Shown: positions 1 through 15,050, numbered from the whole stretch's first letter. The stretch is DNA of 63,843 bases, filler included, from Aplysia californica (GCF_000002075.1; 3 parts of 3 records of this genome joined end to end with filler, not necessarily neighbours in it); one strand, 5' to 3'. Made by a program: numbers and translations. The notes: generated from the letters alone by a model not told the origin.

Positions 1-47
1 ACTGGAATCATAGGCCCAACACAATATTTACCACTGGCCTACCGCAG

Positions 48-52
48 CCAAT
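48..52 (+). promoter_or_regulatory. CCAAT box upstream of WDR91
   Basis: AGCCAATCAG, an NF-Y consensus, about 160 nt upstream of the ATG. A YY1-like CAAAATGGC overlaps the start codon. Confidence 0.45.
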
Positions 53-207
53 CAGCTTCTGGCTGACGGGGCTGCAGCTAGCCGCAAGTGGAAAGGAGGA
101 AAACAATGTAGCTCTTTTGTTTTTGAGGTGCACATAACTTTTTTATTATCATTATCAGAGTCACGAGAGTGGTTTCCCGTTCGTTGTTCGGATTGTCTGC
201 AAACAAA

Positions 208-330
208 ATGGCTTCGAGTTGTGAGAAACTCGACCAGCTAGTTAAAGACTATTTGTTGTTTAGGGGATTTTCTGCTACTTTGAAAACCCTCGACCAGGAA
301 TTAAAAACTGACAAAGATAAAGGTTTAAGG
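208..330 (+). CDS. WDR91: WDR91 exon 1
   Basis: ATG at 208; MASSCEKLDQLVKDYLLFRGF...DKGLR; donor GTGAGG at 331. Confidence 0.93.
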
Positions 331-3300
331 GTGAGGAGCACTGAATACTTTTATGTAGAAGAAAATGGGTGGTCACCGCATCATCAGTGTTCTGTTTAGC
401 CTCAGTTTGCAAGTTCAGTTTTCAGTGCAGCAGAGAGAGAGAGAGAGAGAGAGAGAAGAGTCATTGCTTATTGTTGTCATAGACCCACGATGCTTCGAAA
501 ATAAAGTGTTTAGGGTATCAATATTTCTGGAACATGTTCATAAATTAACATTTGACTCAAAGGATAACAACAAAAAAGAGCAACGTTGATATTATAAGAT
601 TTGTTTGTTCTTGCACTTGGGCTTGGGGACCATTTCAATACACCCCCCCCCTTGCCCACCATGATAAGGGATTCTCCTTATAATCTGGTCTTGAAAAAAA
701 AAGGCCTGTCCTTTCATTTTTTTCAGTCATAATTAGGCTTATATTTTCTCAAATTTTAAGTTTAGTTTTCTAAGTTGCTAGCCTCACTAGGGGTGAGAAC
801 AGCATGTTATCTCACTCTTCTCACCCCCCTCATGCCTTTGAAAGTCCCTATCAATCCAACAGGCGTGCAATATAGAGCAGATCTTGGCCTATGGCACAGA
901 CACACATAGAGCAGCACAGAAAATAAGTTGTGCAGGCCTAGATAAGTTTCAGGTTTATAGTTTTCAGTGGGCTGGGTGAAGGCCATTTCACACCATGAAC
1001 AGCAAACACGAGAAAAAAAACAACCCAACAAAAACCGCAAAATGAGCTACACCACTGGTATGCAAGAACGATATGTCAAGAGCAGAACATATTTTTTTTC
1101 TTCCTATACCTAGCTTACTGATACTCATAATTATACCGGTAGCCTAATTTTAAGAAGGCTTGTGGATAAAAAAACAAAACAAATTAAGGCTATAAATAGT
1201 GACGGTAATTTCAGTAGTTGGCCTATACAGTAGATGAGGAACCAAGCTCTCACGAGTCATTTCCCAACCACATGCGGTAAGCCACCTAGGGCCTAGGTGA
1301 TTTTTATCGGCCTGCAAGAGATCAGGGGTGAGTCCTCGCCTCATGCCCACACTGGGGTGGGGGTGAGAATATATTAGGTCATGATGATGAGCTATTTTCA
1401 TCAGGGGTGAGAATATAGGTGGCCTTTAACTCTTTCATTTACTGTTATAAGAACAGAATGTAAACAGTTCATGCAGTAGGCCCTTTGCAGTGCATTCATA
1501 ATTTGTTGTGTCATGACTTAAGGCCCTATTTTTGTTTCAGGTTGATCGCATGATGGAGCAAATTTGGACACTTTTGTCTGGTTATGACTTACCTGGCCTT
1601 CGTGAGTATTGGCGCTATCTGAATCAACGGCTGTTTTCACGACTGGAACAACGCTATGCATCCAGTGTGCGCAAATTGGAAAGCAGCCTGCTCAAGCTGT
1701 ATGTAGTCAATGCTCATCAGTGCAACCGTCAGGATAAAGTGCTTGCTTTTTTTGAACAGATGGGAGGGGAATTGCAGACACATGCAGATTTCAAGGACTG
1801 GTTTGGTAAATATTTTCTTTGTATTTGCAGTACTGTTTTCTCAATACCCATGTGGGTTGATAGAACAGTCCAATCAAATTTTTCCTCCCAATTGCATCGG
1901 TTTCAAATCACCCTGCACACACACAATGGGAAAACATCGCACCGTTCATCATCGATCATCACTGAGAATATCATGCACACACTGTTGGTATCAAATGCAT
2001 CATTGCACATTTCCTGTATTGTGCCTAAGACATTACAAGAACTTCCTTGAATATAGCCATGTCAGTGTGAGTGCTGGATGATGGAGTGGTATCGAAGTCA
2101 GTGTGACACTGCATTGGGCTTTATGATGTGTGAATTATGTTTGTGAATGTTTGTGTGTATGTGTGGTTTGGGGGGGGGGGGGTATCATGATGGTATGGGT
2201 TTTGGAAGTAATTGATTACACAAGAGGGGTACTTGGTGTGCTCGACCAAGTTGGTTTTAGGATTTCCATGAGGACAGAATAATTAATGTAAAGTACCTGT
2301 GCAACTACTTTTTAGTTGAGGCCTTTCATTTATTTTTAAAAATCTATACAGAGAATATACCTTTGTTTTGAAGATTTTGGGTCTGTGTGACATTTAAGGA
2401 GAAAAAATTCAGTTATTTTTTTAACAATGTTTCTACATTTCAGCCTTAATTTCTGAGCAATCAAGCAAAGATTTGGATAATTCTCTTTTATTTCAGAAAG
2501 TGTAGATAATTTTCCTTTTCTTCGGAAGCTTATGATTTATTTGAAATTGTAAGATAAATAATTTTCATTTCACTTTCTCTTTCAGCCTTTCCATTTGTAA
2601 GCAATCCAGCCGAGAATCCTATGTATTCTCTTTACTTCCAAAAGCAGTGGCAAGACACACTACAGCTTTCCCTACACAACTTTCTTTCGGTTGTTCTGCA
2701 AGCCATGCATATCCTTTTATGCTTTATGTCAACCAGTCTGTTGAATGGTATTGTCATGAAATTCGGGTTTACTATATATATCTTTTAAATTTCAAGGGTT
2801 TAGGGACCATAGGTGTCATCTTTTGACTTCCTTACTTTTATTGATTGTCAAATATTTTTCGTTTGAGGCAAAGACTTATATGACAAATGAAGGCCTTGTT
2901 ACTAGTACAGTGTGATATTTACCAAGTGCTCTTGTATGATAAACAACAATTTTGGAACACATTTGATACGTTCTTTTTAATGAACTCATCATCATCAAAT
3001 ATTGACCGGAATATTCCTCACTAATGGAAATGTGCAGTTTTTAATTTTGGTGAAAGGAGATGTGGGAGATTATCTTTATTCAAGGAATATTGTAAATGGA
3101 GGTTGTTGTAGTGTTTATGAGAGATAAGATATTGATTATTTTTTCTCGTTGATATTTAATTCTTTATCCCTTTCTGGGAATAGACAAGAATGGTATATAT
3201 ACGCCAGTGGTTGGACAGAACATCATTGTTCATCTTCATCACACCCAGGTGTCTGACTGTTTCATGAGTTGACACAAAATGGAACTGTAGTTCCAGAGCA

Positions 3301-3511
3301 CAGTTCCATTCTGTAGTTTTCTTTCATACACTTTTAGAGTGATTTTAATGTATTGCCTTGACTTTTTATACCTGTACCTACATTACTCAATGTAGAGTTT
3401 GATGCAAGAAGAATGAAAACTCTGCAGGAAGAAAACTCTCTACTGAAGCAGCAGGTAAATATTTTTCCAAGTATTGTTTGCGAATCGCTTAAGAAAAAAC
3501 AAACTTTTGAT

Positions 3512-3592
<81 letters not shown>

Positions 3593-6500
3593 CCACTTTC
3601 ATGTTTTAATTTGCTTGCATGTGTTTTGTAAATTCACATTAGTATTTTGTATAAAATGTGATAAAATTGTATCAGTAACATTAATCAGAGAAGACCTTTT
3701 TAATTATTTCTCGGCCTCTTTTATTCATTTGTTATAAAAGTGTGTGTTTATAGTCATATGCTCCCTTCATGAGTATTTCATAGTGTAGATGTTTTGTCCT
3801 CTCTTGTTCTTCTCTGGCGGATATGTTGTGTAGTGTTTACACTGCAATGCCTCACAATGTGCTTTCCACAGCTTTTGAACTCGGCTGCCAACACAGATGC
3901 ATTAGTGAGAGAAACTCGTGCTGGCACGAGGAGGAACATACATGCTGAGCTCCACCCGCCTTCCTCCCCACCAGACATGGTCTATGATTTTTCAGGATTG
4001 GCCAGGTAGTTACACTATTGTATGAGAGAGGTCTAACTCGTCCGTGTTGTCTGCTAGTATTGCACCTACTGTTGAAGGTAACGAATTGCCTGAAAGTATG
4101 GCAACCAACAATTCCTTTAATCGGGTGAAGTTTTCGCTCACAAATCTAAGTTCATGTTTGTTTTATTTTCCTGTGAATACACACTGTTCTGGTGTCTTTC
4201 TTTTCAGTGAATTTTGTCATTAAGTCAAAGTGTGAGACTACTATGAAACAGTTTCTGTGTTGTTGGTGACATGGTCAGTGTTATCATTTCTATCACCTAA
4301 GTTCTAGATATCTGTTTCTATCATTATCTATATTCCGTTGTTTTTTCCTCAAACAAAGCGATGCAGACACAGGAAGTCAAGAAAAGCAAAAGCCTGTGAG
4401 AAGATTTCCTCTCAGCTTAACCTCTCCCCTCGGTGGAAGAAGGAAATCTGAGAATGCACAGACAAAGTCTAAATCTGCTGCCAGCTCAGGTGTCTCTTTG
4501 TCAGCCTCTGCCTCTGGTGGAGCATCCACCTCAGGTGGTCAAAGTAAGGTAAATGACTGTCATTCCTGGATGTTTGTTGAGGTGAAAAGAATTATTGGCC
4601 TAATTAATAGCACAAGATAAGATGGCAGACTGAAGTACTGGTTGGGCAGAAAAGAAATGGGGTGGAAATGGTCCTTCAGCTAGGACCTGTAGAGAACCAG
4701 AGCTAAAAATTCTTTGTCACAACGACACCTTCAGGTCAAACACACACCGTTTGCACCCCTTTAAATGTCACCAGGGCGCAGAATTCAGTAGATGAGCCCC
4801 CATGAGACGTCTGTCCGTAGACGATGCCTGCAGCTATGACTTTCCTACATCTAAACGGTCCACATTCTCAAGGCGTATCTTCATTTACGGCTGTACCATT
4901 CCCCCCGTTCGCGAAGCTATCAGAGGGTAGCAATGTGTTTATGATTCCTCGACCGTTTGAAAAGGATGAACAATTCCTCTATGGCATTTTTTTCTTTGGC
5001 AAAGCCTATATTCACCTGTCCGGTTATATCAACTCCACAAATGCTGTCTACTTGGGCAACCTCACCCCCACCCCTATTGTCTCTAAAGACAGCTCCATAC
5101 TGCAAGTTGTATAGTGTGTGTGGCTTTAAGTACTCATTGTTGAGTGGATCCTTGTATTTGGCCACCACTGAACGTTACAAACGACGCATTCAAATGGGTC
5201 GAGTCCAAAGGAGGACATATAGACCATTGGTTCTCCGAATTCCAGAATTTAAGAAAATAATATTTTTTAACTCTGTAAGAGAAAATAAATATTGTTTAAA
5301 GGTTACAGGGATGCAAAGATTAGATTTTTTTAATAAAAGGAGAGGAAAGAAACGAACTTCCGTTTTTGAAAATAAGTTGTTTCTTTGTGAATTTTATGTC
5401 AAAAACAAATTCCTTTTGAATGAATTATATCTGTTCCAAATTACAGCTTTCTAGTACAAATTTTGTGCGAGATATTTAGAAAAAAAGTTGTAGTTTTGTT
5501 GGATCACCCTGTGTTTGTTTTTAGCCTAAATTGAAAGTAAAAGATTTTTTATAAATCAGTGGGATTCCGAAATGAATAGGAAGCATCGACTTAATAGAAG
5601 TCTAGCTACTTCAATTTTGTTTTGTTTTTTACATGAAAGGAAAGTGTTTTTGTGGATATAATGGAAAATTGCTCGAAATTTCCCAAATATATGACTCTAT
5701 TTGAATAAATATAGCAAATCTTTTCCATTCTTCATCATCAAAGGTTGGGATACTTTTTTATCTAACGAAACATTTCCTGCTTCATTCAAGTTCAAGCTGG
5801 AAGCTCATACAATTTAGATCTAGTCTTGTCACTTTCTTAATGAACAATATGGTAGATTCATTAGTTTGCCGTTTTACTAATTTAGCATTTGTATAAAAAG
5901 TACTGTTTTCTGTAGATTTCTGAATACAGCAGAGGGTATGGTGTCATCAGGCTCTTGGCCTAGCTTCCTAAGAAGTGAATTTGTTTCTCTCACACAGGAC
6001 TGGTATTTTATCAAGTATGTCCATGTTTCTGCTGGGATTTGAGATCCTTTGAGGCTCAAGTGAGTCACGACAGGCAGGGCTGAAGCAGCTTTCCTCCTTG
6101 ATGATCTAAGTAGTCCCTACCTCATAATTACAAAGTTCTGTCTCTTTTAGCTGTTTTGAGTTACAAAGACCATGAAGTCAGAAAGCAAATGCTCTATCTG
6201 CTCTATAAAAATCGTAATAATATTCGGAGTCATAATCAAGATATTCAAAGAATTGTAATTCGAAAAAGCTTGGCATATTGTGAAACTCATAAATTTTGAA
6301 GTGGTACAAGACTTTCTCAAGACTAGATATTGAGCAGATAGAACTTTGTAATTCTGAGGGGGCATGTTGTCAATCACTTCGAAACAAAGCTGAGGATTTT
6401 CAATTGATATGTGAAATCAGTCCTGTTGTATGGATGTGAGATATAGAACGCATCACAGACTTTACATAAAGAGGATCCAGGTTTTCTTGAACAGGTGTCT

Positions 6501-7709
6501 AAGAAAGTTACTGAGGATCAGATAGACAGACAGGGTCACCAACAAGGAAAAGTTAAAAGGAAAACAAGATAGATCCCAGTCAAAGATGAGTTAGGAAAAA
6601 GGCGGTGGTTTTGGATTGGACATTCTCTCGGGAAATCAGGCAGCTGCATAACAAAGAAAAGTGTTGGATTGGAATCCACAGGGTAAAAGATCAAGGGGAA
6701 GACCACATGGAACCTGGAGAAGAATCACAGAAATTGATGTACAAAAAAGTGGAAAGATGATTCCATTCTTTTCTTTTTTTCCCACAGACAGCCAAAGTTA
6801 CTGAGATGTCTATCTTCCCACCACCGGCTGCAGCTAGACTTCAAAGTGAGAGTAAAAAGTCACAAGCTGTGTCAATGGCAGCTTCTACAGCAGCCACATC
6901 AGCTTCTTCTGCTCGTCAGCTCAACACTGCCAGATTTGGTACATCATCGCCGGCCCCTCGGCGGAGCTCCCCAGTCCAGCCTGTGAAGCAACAGGCACAC
7001 TCCACTCACGAGTCAATCAGCACTACAACTGTGACCCAATCTTTTACTAGTGTGAGTGAGCAATACTGGTTATCGTAGCACTTTTGTCATCATCATCAAT
7101 GCCTTTCACCCCTGGCAGAGTATAGGCCATATACAAGCTTCTTCCATTTATCTCTATCCTGGGCCATCCTTCCTAGCTCGTTAACACTTTTGTAGCCAGC
7201 TAGAAATATGGAATCTGGTTAAATGTTTTGGGGTTTTTTGTTTGGGTTTTTTTGGTGTGGATTTAGGGGGGGGGGTAATTTTGTGTGTGTGAGACTTCTT
7301 AAGCCATCTCTTTAATTTGTGAAGTAAAAGTGTCATTTTAGTTTATTTTGCTTTTGAAATTGTGTTTCGCTAAGGTAAGGCCCTAAAACAAGAAGTCAGT
7401 CTCCTAACTACTGGTTTTTCTTGTGGTGTTTTTAATACTTTGTCCGATGAGCTTGTTCTGTTGGAGGAGATTCTATAGTCTGAGCACTTCCCTATCTCAG
7501 GGTTGCATGATTGCATTGTTGTTGTCAGTCGTTGGCAGCTTATTCCTCAAATACATTATTGCAGAATGCATGAAACTTGGTTGGTCCTTTATCTTTATTT
7601 TTACCACTTTTCTCTTTCATCTCTGGATGATATAAACCTTTCAATCCATGATCAAACAACCAAGACTTTTTTATTTGAAGCTCAGCCTGACAAGACAATG
7701 CCGAACTCC

Positions 7710-7752
<43 letters not shown>

Positions 7753-10700
7753 AATAATGCAGCATGGTTGCTTTCTTTGGACAAACACAAAATTAATCCA
7801 ATTACAACATATGTATGATGTCCCCTTGTCTACCCAAACCTTTGAATAATTATTTTTAAAAACCCTTGAGCTAGAGAAAACTGGTGTTGAAGTCTTGGAG
7901 GCTATGACACTGTAAAAGTACTCCACACTTTTCAGTCTTAAATAAGTAGCTAAATGTATAGTAAAATACCCACTGTGTGTCTTTCTCTCTAGAAGTGCTA
8001 TTGAGAGATTGTGAGGTGTATGCATCTTTCAACACAATAAAGCTATTTTAGAGCTGCGACTTTCAATGACAAATGCTTTATGAGAACAATCTTATCCAAT
8101 CTGTCACTTATTTTATTTCTGTACATCAACACTCTTGATAAGCATTGTCGCGTCACTGTTACACACACATATATATATGTACTGCATTTGAGCTTCAACT
8201 CTCCCAAGTGATGCATTTCTATATAAATGCAAAGTCCACTATTGACCAGGCAGCAAAAGTAGTCTCTTGCTTTGCTTCTGATGAGGATTATATAGAAACT
8301 TCTCATCAGAGAGGTTGTAAACTACAGTCGAACCTGTGTAAGACGGCCACCCATTGTCAAGGAGAAAAGTGGCCGTATAAGACAGGTGGGCGTCTTAGGC
8401 AGGATTGATCAAGATGAAGAAAACAAACCATTCTTTTCTGAGGTCCTACCCGAAGGTAGCGCATGGTTGTTGTTGTTGTTTTCGCTGGGGTTTATTTTTC
8501 TCTTTTTGTCTTTTGTTGCTGCTTTTGTACAAGGGTGACAATAAAACGAAATATGTAAGACAAGGAGGACCGGGTGCTATGGTAAAACAAACACACGTGT
8601 CGCTACCATTCGTAGAACGAGCGACGCTTCTGTCACAAGTTCATGGTGACGTCCTTTGTTACTTTGTTACAGACTGGGTAAACAGTGACTACTCATCTCA
8701 CTTACAATTTGTGTGTATGAATTCTGGGCGGGGCTTATGGGTTATGAGGGATCACTCGCTAACCTCACCAGCAGCTGAAAATTAATTTTGTTACCTATTG
8801 GTCAACAGTGGGAGGGGCCTGCGCAACATGATCGGTTGGAGGGACTACCTGACAATAACGACAGGTGATTGAATTATGACGGCTCGCCCACAACGCCAGG
8901 GGCCAATGCACAATTTATAACAAAACGTAATGGAGTCACTAAGGTGACCGTCTAAGACAGGTGTTATTGCTTAGTGTGATAGGGGTTGTGGGTTAAAATA
9001 TGGTGGCCGCGGCCGCGTTGGACAGGTGCCCGTTTTACACAGTTAAATTATATAGAAAAAACGCAAGGGGGGAAATGGAAAGTGGCCGTTTGTACAGGTG
9101 GCCGTCTTATATAGGTGGCCGTCAGGGCAGGTTTGACTGTACTGGTTTAGTCTTGATTGGTTTGACATGGTCAATATCCAGTTTTCATTACATTCCTCTG
9201 TTTATTAAGTTCTTTTCCTTGATAACTATTGCAGCGTTCCTTGTCAGTTCCCAATCACAGTGCAGCAAGTTTCAGCAAACTTTCCAGTCAAGCTGCACCA
9301 GAAATGGCCAACAAGCTACTTCATCAGTGGTCAGAAGAGGGTAAAAGTTTGCCGCCTGGTAGCTTTTCAGTAGAAACAGATCTCTTGGTGGCTGCTGGTA
9401 AGTAGACTGTGGAGAAAGAGTGCCCCTCACAAAGAATAACAAATAGGCAAAAGGATTAAAGAGGCGGCTGGGATGGTGACATGAAAGCCAGATTGCTAGC
9501 GAAATATACAAGCTGTGTGAAAATCTTGTATATATATACTCCTGTGAAGAACATAACCAGTAATGGAAAATTGATAGAACTAGAAATCCTCACTAAATAT
9601 CTCATAAAAGATGCCACGTTTCATTCATCTTATATTTCAATTCATTGCAGACTTTAAAAGTTTTCCCTTAAAATACGTCAAGAAATGTCGCATTTTTCAG
9701 TAATATTGTCCCGCATGAAGGTCCCCAAAAATGTTGCAGCAAATAAAAAAAAAACAACATTACTTTTTTATTTATCAATGGATTATTAAAGTTTAAAAAC
9801 TACAGCTCTTAAAGTTTACTGCTCTTTCATTTAAGCTTGTTTAAAGCAATTTGAATAAAGATTTAATTTTTCATTGTCATTGCTACCTTTTTCTTGTTTT
9901 CCTTCTTTGTAATATTGCTCATTTGAAATTTTAAAAATATATAATGATTCTTTTTTTTTCTTCTGTTTTTGGCATTCTCTTGCTACTCTGTAGTAACCAA
10001 TGAAGGTTTTGTATACCTGTATTTGAACTAAACTTAACTTGCTTTGCATTGTATGATAAAGTATGCTTTGAAAGTATGAATTGGTCATTGGTTACCAAGT
10101 TTTGACTAATGATCTTCTTTGCCCCTGCATTCTTATATATGTATTTTTTTATTTTAACTTCCCAGATTGTGATAGTCCATTCCTGCTCTTAGAGGTAAGG
10201 ATTGTATTCTCATGTAATCGTGAGTGATTGTAAGTGTTTTATGTTAGGTTTAATATCAGGTCTGCTGGGGTAATAATATAGATTGTCAAGCACGTAACAG
10301 CTTGTTGTTGAGCGGGAATTTACGCTATACAAATGCTATGTATTATTATTATTATTATCATCATCATCATTATTATTATTATTATTATGACTTTTATTAT
10401 AATGTCCCCTTAGACACAAGCCAGGTCATTTTGGAGGCAGGCTGCTATGAGCCTGCTTGTCTGAGCCAAACAGGCTGAGTGGGATACAACATCCCAGCAA
10501 GCAGATGAAGATACTTGACACCCGACCAAACAAACTTCCCTGCTTGGGAATCAAACCTAGGTCTTCTGCATAAAATGGTGAAAAGCCTAACCACTACACC
10601 ACAGATACCTGATTAATTTGTTATCATCAAGAAGAAAGCGAACAAGGCAAAAGCTGAAGTAATGACACGTCTTTTATTATTACTTGTTCACTCTCGTCTG

Positions 10701-13700
10701 GCCGTGTTAAAAGAATTTGTGGGTGGTTGGCGGGTGCTCTGGTGTGGTTTGCTTATTCTTTCCTATCAAACATCTATCGTCCTTATCTCCCCTTCTTTTT
10801 TATGTTTGTTACTCTCTTGTAACACCTCTAATCTCCTGGTGCTCATATGACCTTATGCAGTTGCGAGTGCCGTAAAACCTCTACTAAAACTGACTAAAAG
10901 AATTCTAGCTCTTTTATTAATGTACCTATGCCCGCAGCACTGACATATATTTTACTTTAGAAAAACGAGTAGCTGTAACCATCACCTATGTATTGCAGGA
11001 TGAGTATCGAGAACATGGGTCAACGGCTTCATTTTGTCGCTTCAGCGTCACAGGACAGTATATTGCCAGTCTGGACGTAGATGGCATTGTCAAGTGAGTC
11101 CCGTTTGTACGCAGCAAAGTTCCTTCAGACCCACAACTTGAGATGTCATGAAAAGCTATCTAGAACACTATCAGAGACCTGCCAATCCCTCCATGGCTAA
11201 AAACAGTTTTTCCCTCCGAATCCTCTCTAAAAATCTAAGTTTGGGGAAAAATCTGAGTCCCCAGGAGTCGAGTAGACTCAGATTTCATTACGAATCTACT
11301 GTGAAAATAAACAGGAATTGTAAATACACACAAATAAACGCAAATTAGAATATAATGTATTTGCGTGTCATTTACCTTAAGTGGCACAAATATTGGAGAT
11401 CTTGCAGGGGAATAGAGACAAGAATAGACAATAATAATGTCTATTTTCACATTATTTTCGATAAGTTTCGTACAAGAGATGGAAATAGAATTCAAGAAAA
11501 TAATTTAAAATATGGAAATCAGATTGGAGTTCATTGTAGAGGCCGAAAAAAAAAAAAAAAAAATTGGAGGGCTCCGATTTTATGGGAGTACAAGGCAGGT
11601 CTGATATTAATGTAGGACAGTTTGAGCATTGTTGAATTCCTAGCTATTGTATTTTCTTTCGAATTTAAAACAATTTTGAAATTCTTCTGACAGGAAAATG
11701 AACTCACCAATAAATTTGATAAATTGGCCAAGTATGTTGAGCATTAATCTTTTATATTCATTAAATGAAGGTCTGGATACAGGCACCGAGTCAAATCTGA
11801 ATATATTGATCTATTTCATGCTGACTCAGTCAGGTATCCTTTTGTGCTCTGTCTGGATGTACTGATGAGTTCATGACTCCTCTCCTGTGTCTATGGAATC
11901 ATTTGACATTGAAGTGATTAAAGACAGGTTTTTCCTTTTTATAATGCTTTTTTTACTGGAAGAATTTGCAAAAGAGACAGGTTCACCAAGAATAATTTAC
12001 TAATAACGGAATTCATCGGTCAAATGGACCCGATCTGAACTGGATCAGATCAATTAGTGGCATGGCAAGTGCACACATTAACCAACTTACCTCTGCTTTG
12101 CTGCTTCAAATTTGACCCTGAAGTCTATAGGGCCTTTTCATTTTGTGCACAAACTAAATATCTAACTGTGCAATGTGTTGTACCCTTTTGATTGACTGTT
12201 TTCATAAAATGTATCAAACTTATCAAGTCGTGGCTGAGAAAATCAAACTTGTTTAATTTTTGAGGATTTGAGCAAATTGTGCCAGAATGGTAGGTTTTTT
12301 TGCCTTTCTATGAAGGTAAACTTGTCTGCCCTCAAATGTATCAAAAGAAGATTCGACAAAACTTTTCAAGAACTGGAAAAGATAGGTGACAGGGAAAGAT
12401 CAGGATAATACAGGAGGTTTTTTTTAGAACATCCAAGCACAGAAATAAATGGAGGACTGACCACCGCTGTCTGTGGCAGACCTGGCAGTTGAAGAAAAAG
12501 AACTTTGCAAATAAAGTAATACATTATAACACGGATAGCTTGAATTCTTGGGGACCGGCCTCGGTAGTTCGAGGAATCCGTAGTTCGAAGGGTATCTTAC
12601 AAAGGTAAAGAGAAGAAAAAAATTGGAACCGCGGGCACAGTTCGACGGATGCGTGATTTTGAGTCTTTTGTGTTCGACCTATCCATGTTGTACTGTATTT
12701 ACGCTGTGTCTACAACTTGTCTGTGTTTTGCCCAGGGTGTGGATGTGGAGCCCGCAGCCAGCCACTCAGGCCACCATCATGTCCAAGTCGGCGTTTCTCT
12801 CCCTGTCCTGGGTCAGCAAATCTGACAGATGGGTAAGTTCACAGTTACCAATTTTTGTTTGTTCAGGATTTTTCGTCTAGCATGACTATCTTTTTTAGAA
12901 TTTGTGTCGCAACGCGACGGATTCAGGCGCTCGTCAATTTTTGGGCATTTGGAGTTATTGGTAAAATTTGAAAGCTGATTTATTTGCCCTGCTTCCAGAG
13001 AAATAGATATTCATCCATCTTCGTAAAAGCCACCCAAAAAATCTTCTTTTTATGCATGCACATGAGCATAGCAACTTTTTAAAAAGCTGATTTTCTCAAA
13101 AGAGCTGAAATGGATGTAGCAGGTTTTGCATCTCAGCCCCTCATTTGTTCTTTGTTTAGTGTTACAGTATTATGTTCTTTCATTTTTTAAGTTAAACCGT
13201 CAGTATTAAGTGTACTTTTACTATTGTCATCCCCACTCACCCGAGACGTTCACATACATTTCCGCTTTTCTAAATTTTTGTCCTTAAGCTTCTCCTGGGT
13301 AACAAGACTGGCAGCATTCGTTTGTTTGACGTGAAAGAGAGCAAAACATTCCGAGAAGTCATGGTCCAACCAGATGCCCCTGCAAAGTGAGTCAATTGTC
13401 ATATCGTATCTTTGAATTGTCATATATTTGAAGTTATTTAAAATGTTCTTGATGTTCACTGTTAATCACTCAGACAAATCTATCAGAGCCCAGCCGGCTC
13501 TGTGCTAGATGAGGGCTGTGAGAATTGTATTATGTTGTAACTGGTAGAATGTGAAAAAAGAGGAGACAGTAAGAGTAGACCTTTCGCTGTGTTTTTTTTT
13601 GGGGGNNNNNNNNNNNNNNNNNNNNNNNNNNNNNNNNNNNNNNNNNNNNNNNNNNNNNNNNNNNNNNNNNNNNNNNNNNNNNNNNNNNNNNNNNNNNNNN

Positions 13701-15008
13701 NNNNNGGGGGGGTTGTGTGTGTGTTGGTGTGCTCTATAATAGTAGTAAGATTGTTGAGTTTCGTTTCCTTGCAAGCTCCATTCCCCCAGTGACTATCAGC
13801 GTGGATAGTGGGAGTTTGAGGGCTGTGTTGCTGTAGAGATCAATTGTCTTTGCTGTCAGTCTATTTTGTGTATATCCTCTTACTGACCCCTTCTAATAAA
13901 TAACTTTTATAGCATGCTTATCACTGGTGTTTTGCTCGACGGGATATGAAACTGGTTTCTTGAAAACTTTTTAACAGGCAAAAAAAAAAAAATCTGATTT
14001 ACATGATGAAAGAAAGCACAAGAGCTAATGTTGACTCCTGTTTTCTACTGAGGAATGGGAAAACAAAACTGAACAATAGTTTTAGAACAAAGCAAGAGTT
14101 GAAGTATAGCCTCCACTTAGATGGTTAGAGTAGAATACCAACAATGTGCTTCTCTTTTGTTTTACGTTCTCTTTTAGTTTGAAAACTGCTACAGTCATTA
14201 CATAAAAGCTATTGACTTTAAATGTTCTGATTTATGTTCCTTTTTTTTTTTAATACAAATTTTATTTAACACATTACTGCAAATTGACTTTATAGTTTAT
14301 GCCAAGTGGCCTACCCATGGCTAACATTATCATTGCCTAGTTCAAGGTGCAGCCCACTGACAAAGGCTTTCCACTTTTCCTTATCTAGGTCTATCTGCTT
14401 GACATTATTCCATGTCTTTCCACTTCTCTGTACGTCATTGGCCTATGACTAACACAAACATTATATCTCCCTTCAGCTGTATGAGAGTGACTGACCTATC
14501 CACCAACCCGTCCAGCAGTCAGTTTGTGTGTGCAACCTCTGACCACTGCCCCTTCCTCAGTGACCCAAGCTCTCTCAGTGGGCGACTTCTACAGTGGGAC
14601 TTGCGCACATTGAAATTAGAAGTGAGGGAAAAAAAATCTTTGTATATATTGATTTTTGTAAAGCATGCAGTTCTGTGTGCACAGAGGAGTAGACGCTATA
14701 AAAATAGTCTATATTGTTGTAGCTGTTGCAAACACTTCACATTTTAAAAATTTAAAGTACTGGTGAGATTTATGATGTGTACGTTTACTTTCTGGACCTT
14801 GAGAAATGGGCGGGGTCAGCTGTTGTATTAGTGCATTGTGGCTCTGGGGTACTGGTCTAACTGAGCTCAGTCAGTTGTCTAATTGTCTTATCTCTCTCAC
14901 ATGCTGCTGTTCTTGGATATCACCTATTGTCCTCTTTTTGTTATAGGTTTGTTTTTTATTTTTATCAACTATTATCACACATTTTACTTTTGTAAGTCTC
15001 TTTCTCCT

Positions 15009-15050
<42 letters not shown>

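Noticed and set aside
4544-4554. Overlapping alternative donor A|GTAAGG 5 nt upstream of the WDR91 exon 6 donor
   Set aside because: It would frameshift relative to the main exon 7 acceptor, and there is no evidence of use.
8278-8310. Hammerhead-like CTGATGAG...GAAAC
   Set aside because: No convincing stems I, II or III. It is better explained as a 9-bp inverted repeat (TCTGATGAG/CTCATCAGA).
11834-11843. U12-like donor GTATCCTTTT in WDR91 intron 10
   Set aside because: No upstream exon is needed or evident; exons 10 and 11 join in frame with U2 sites.
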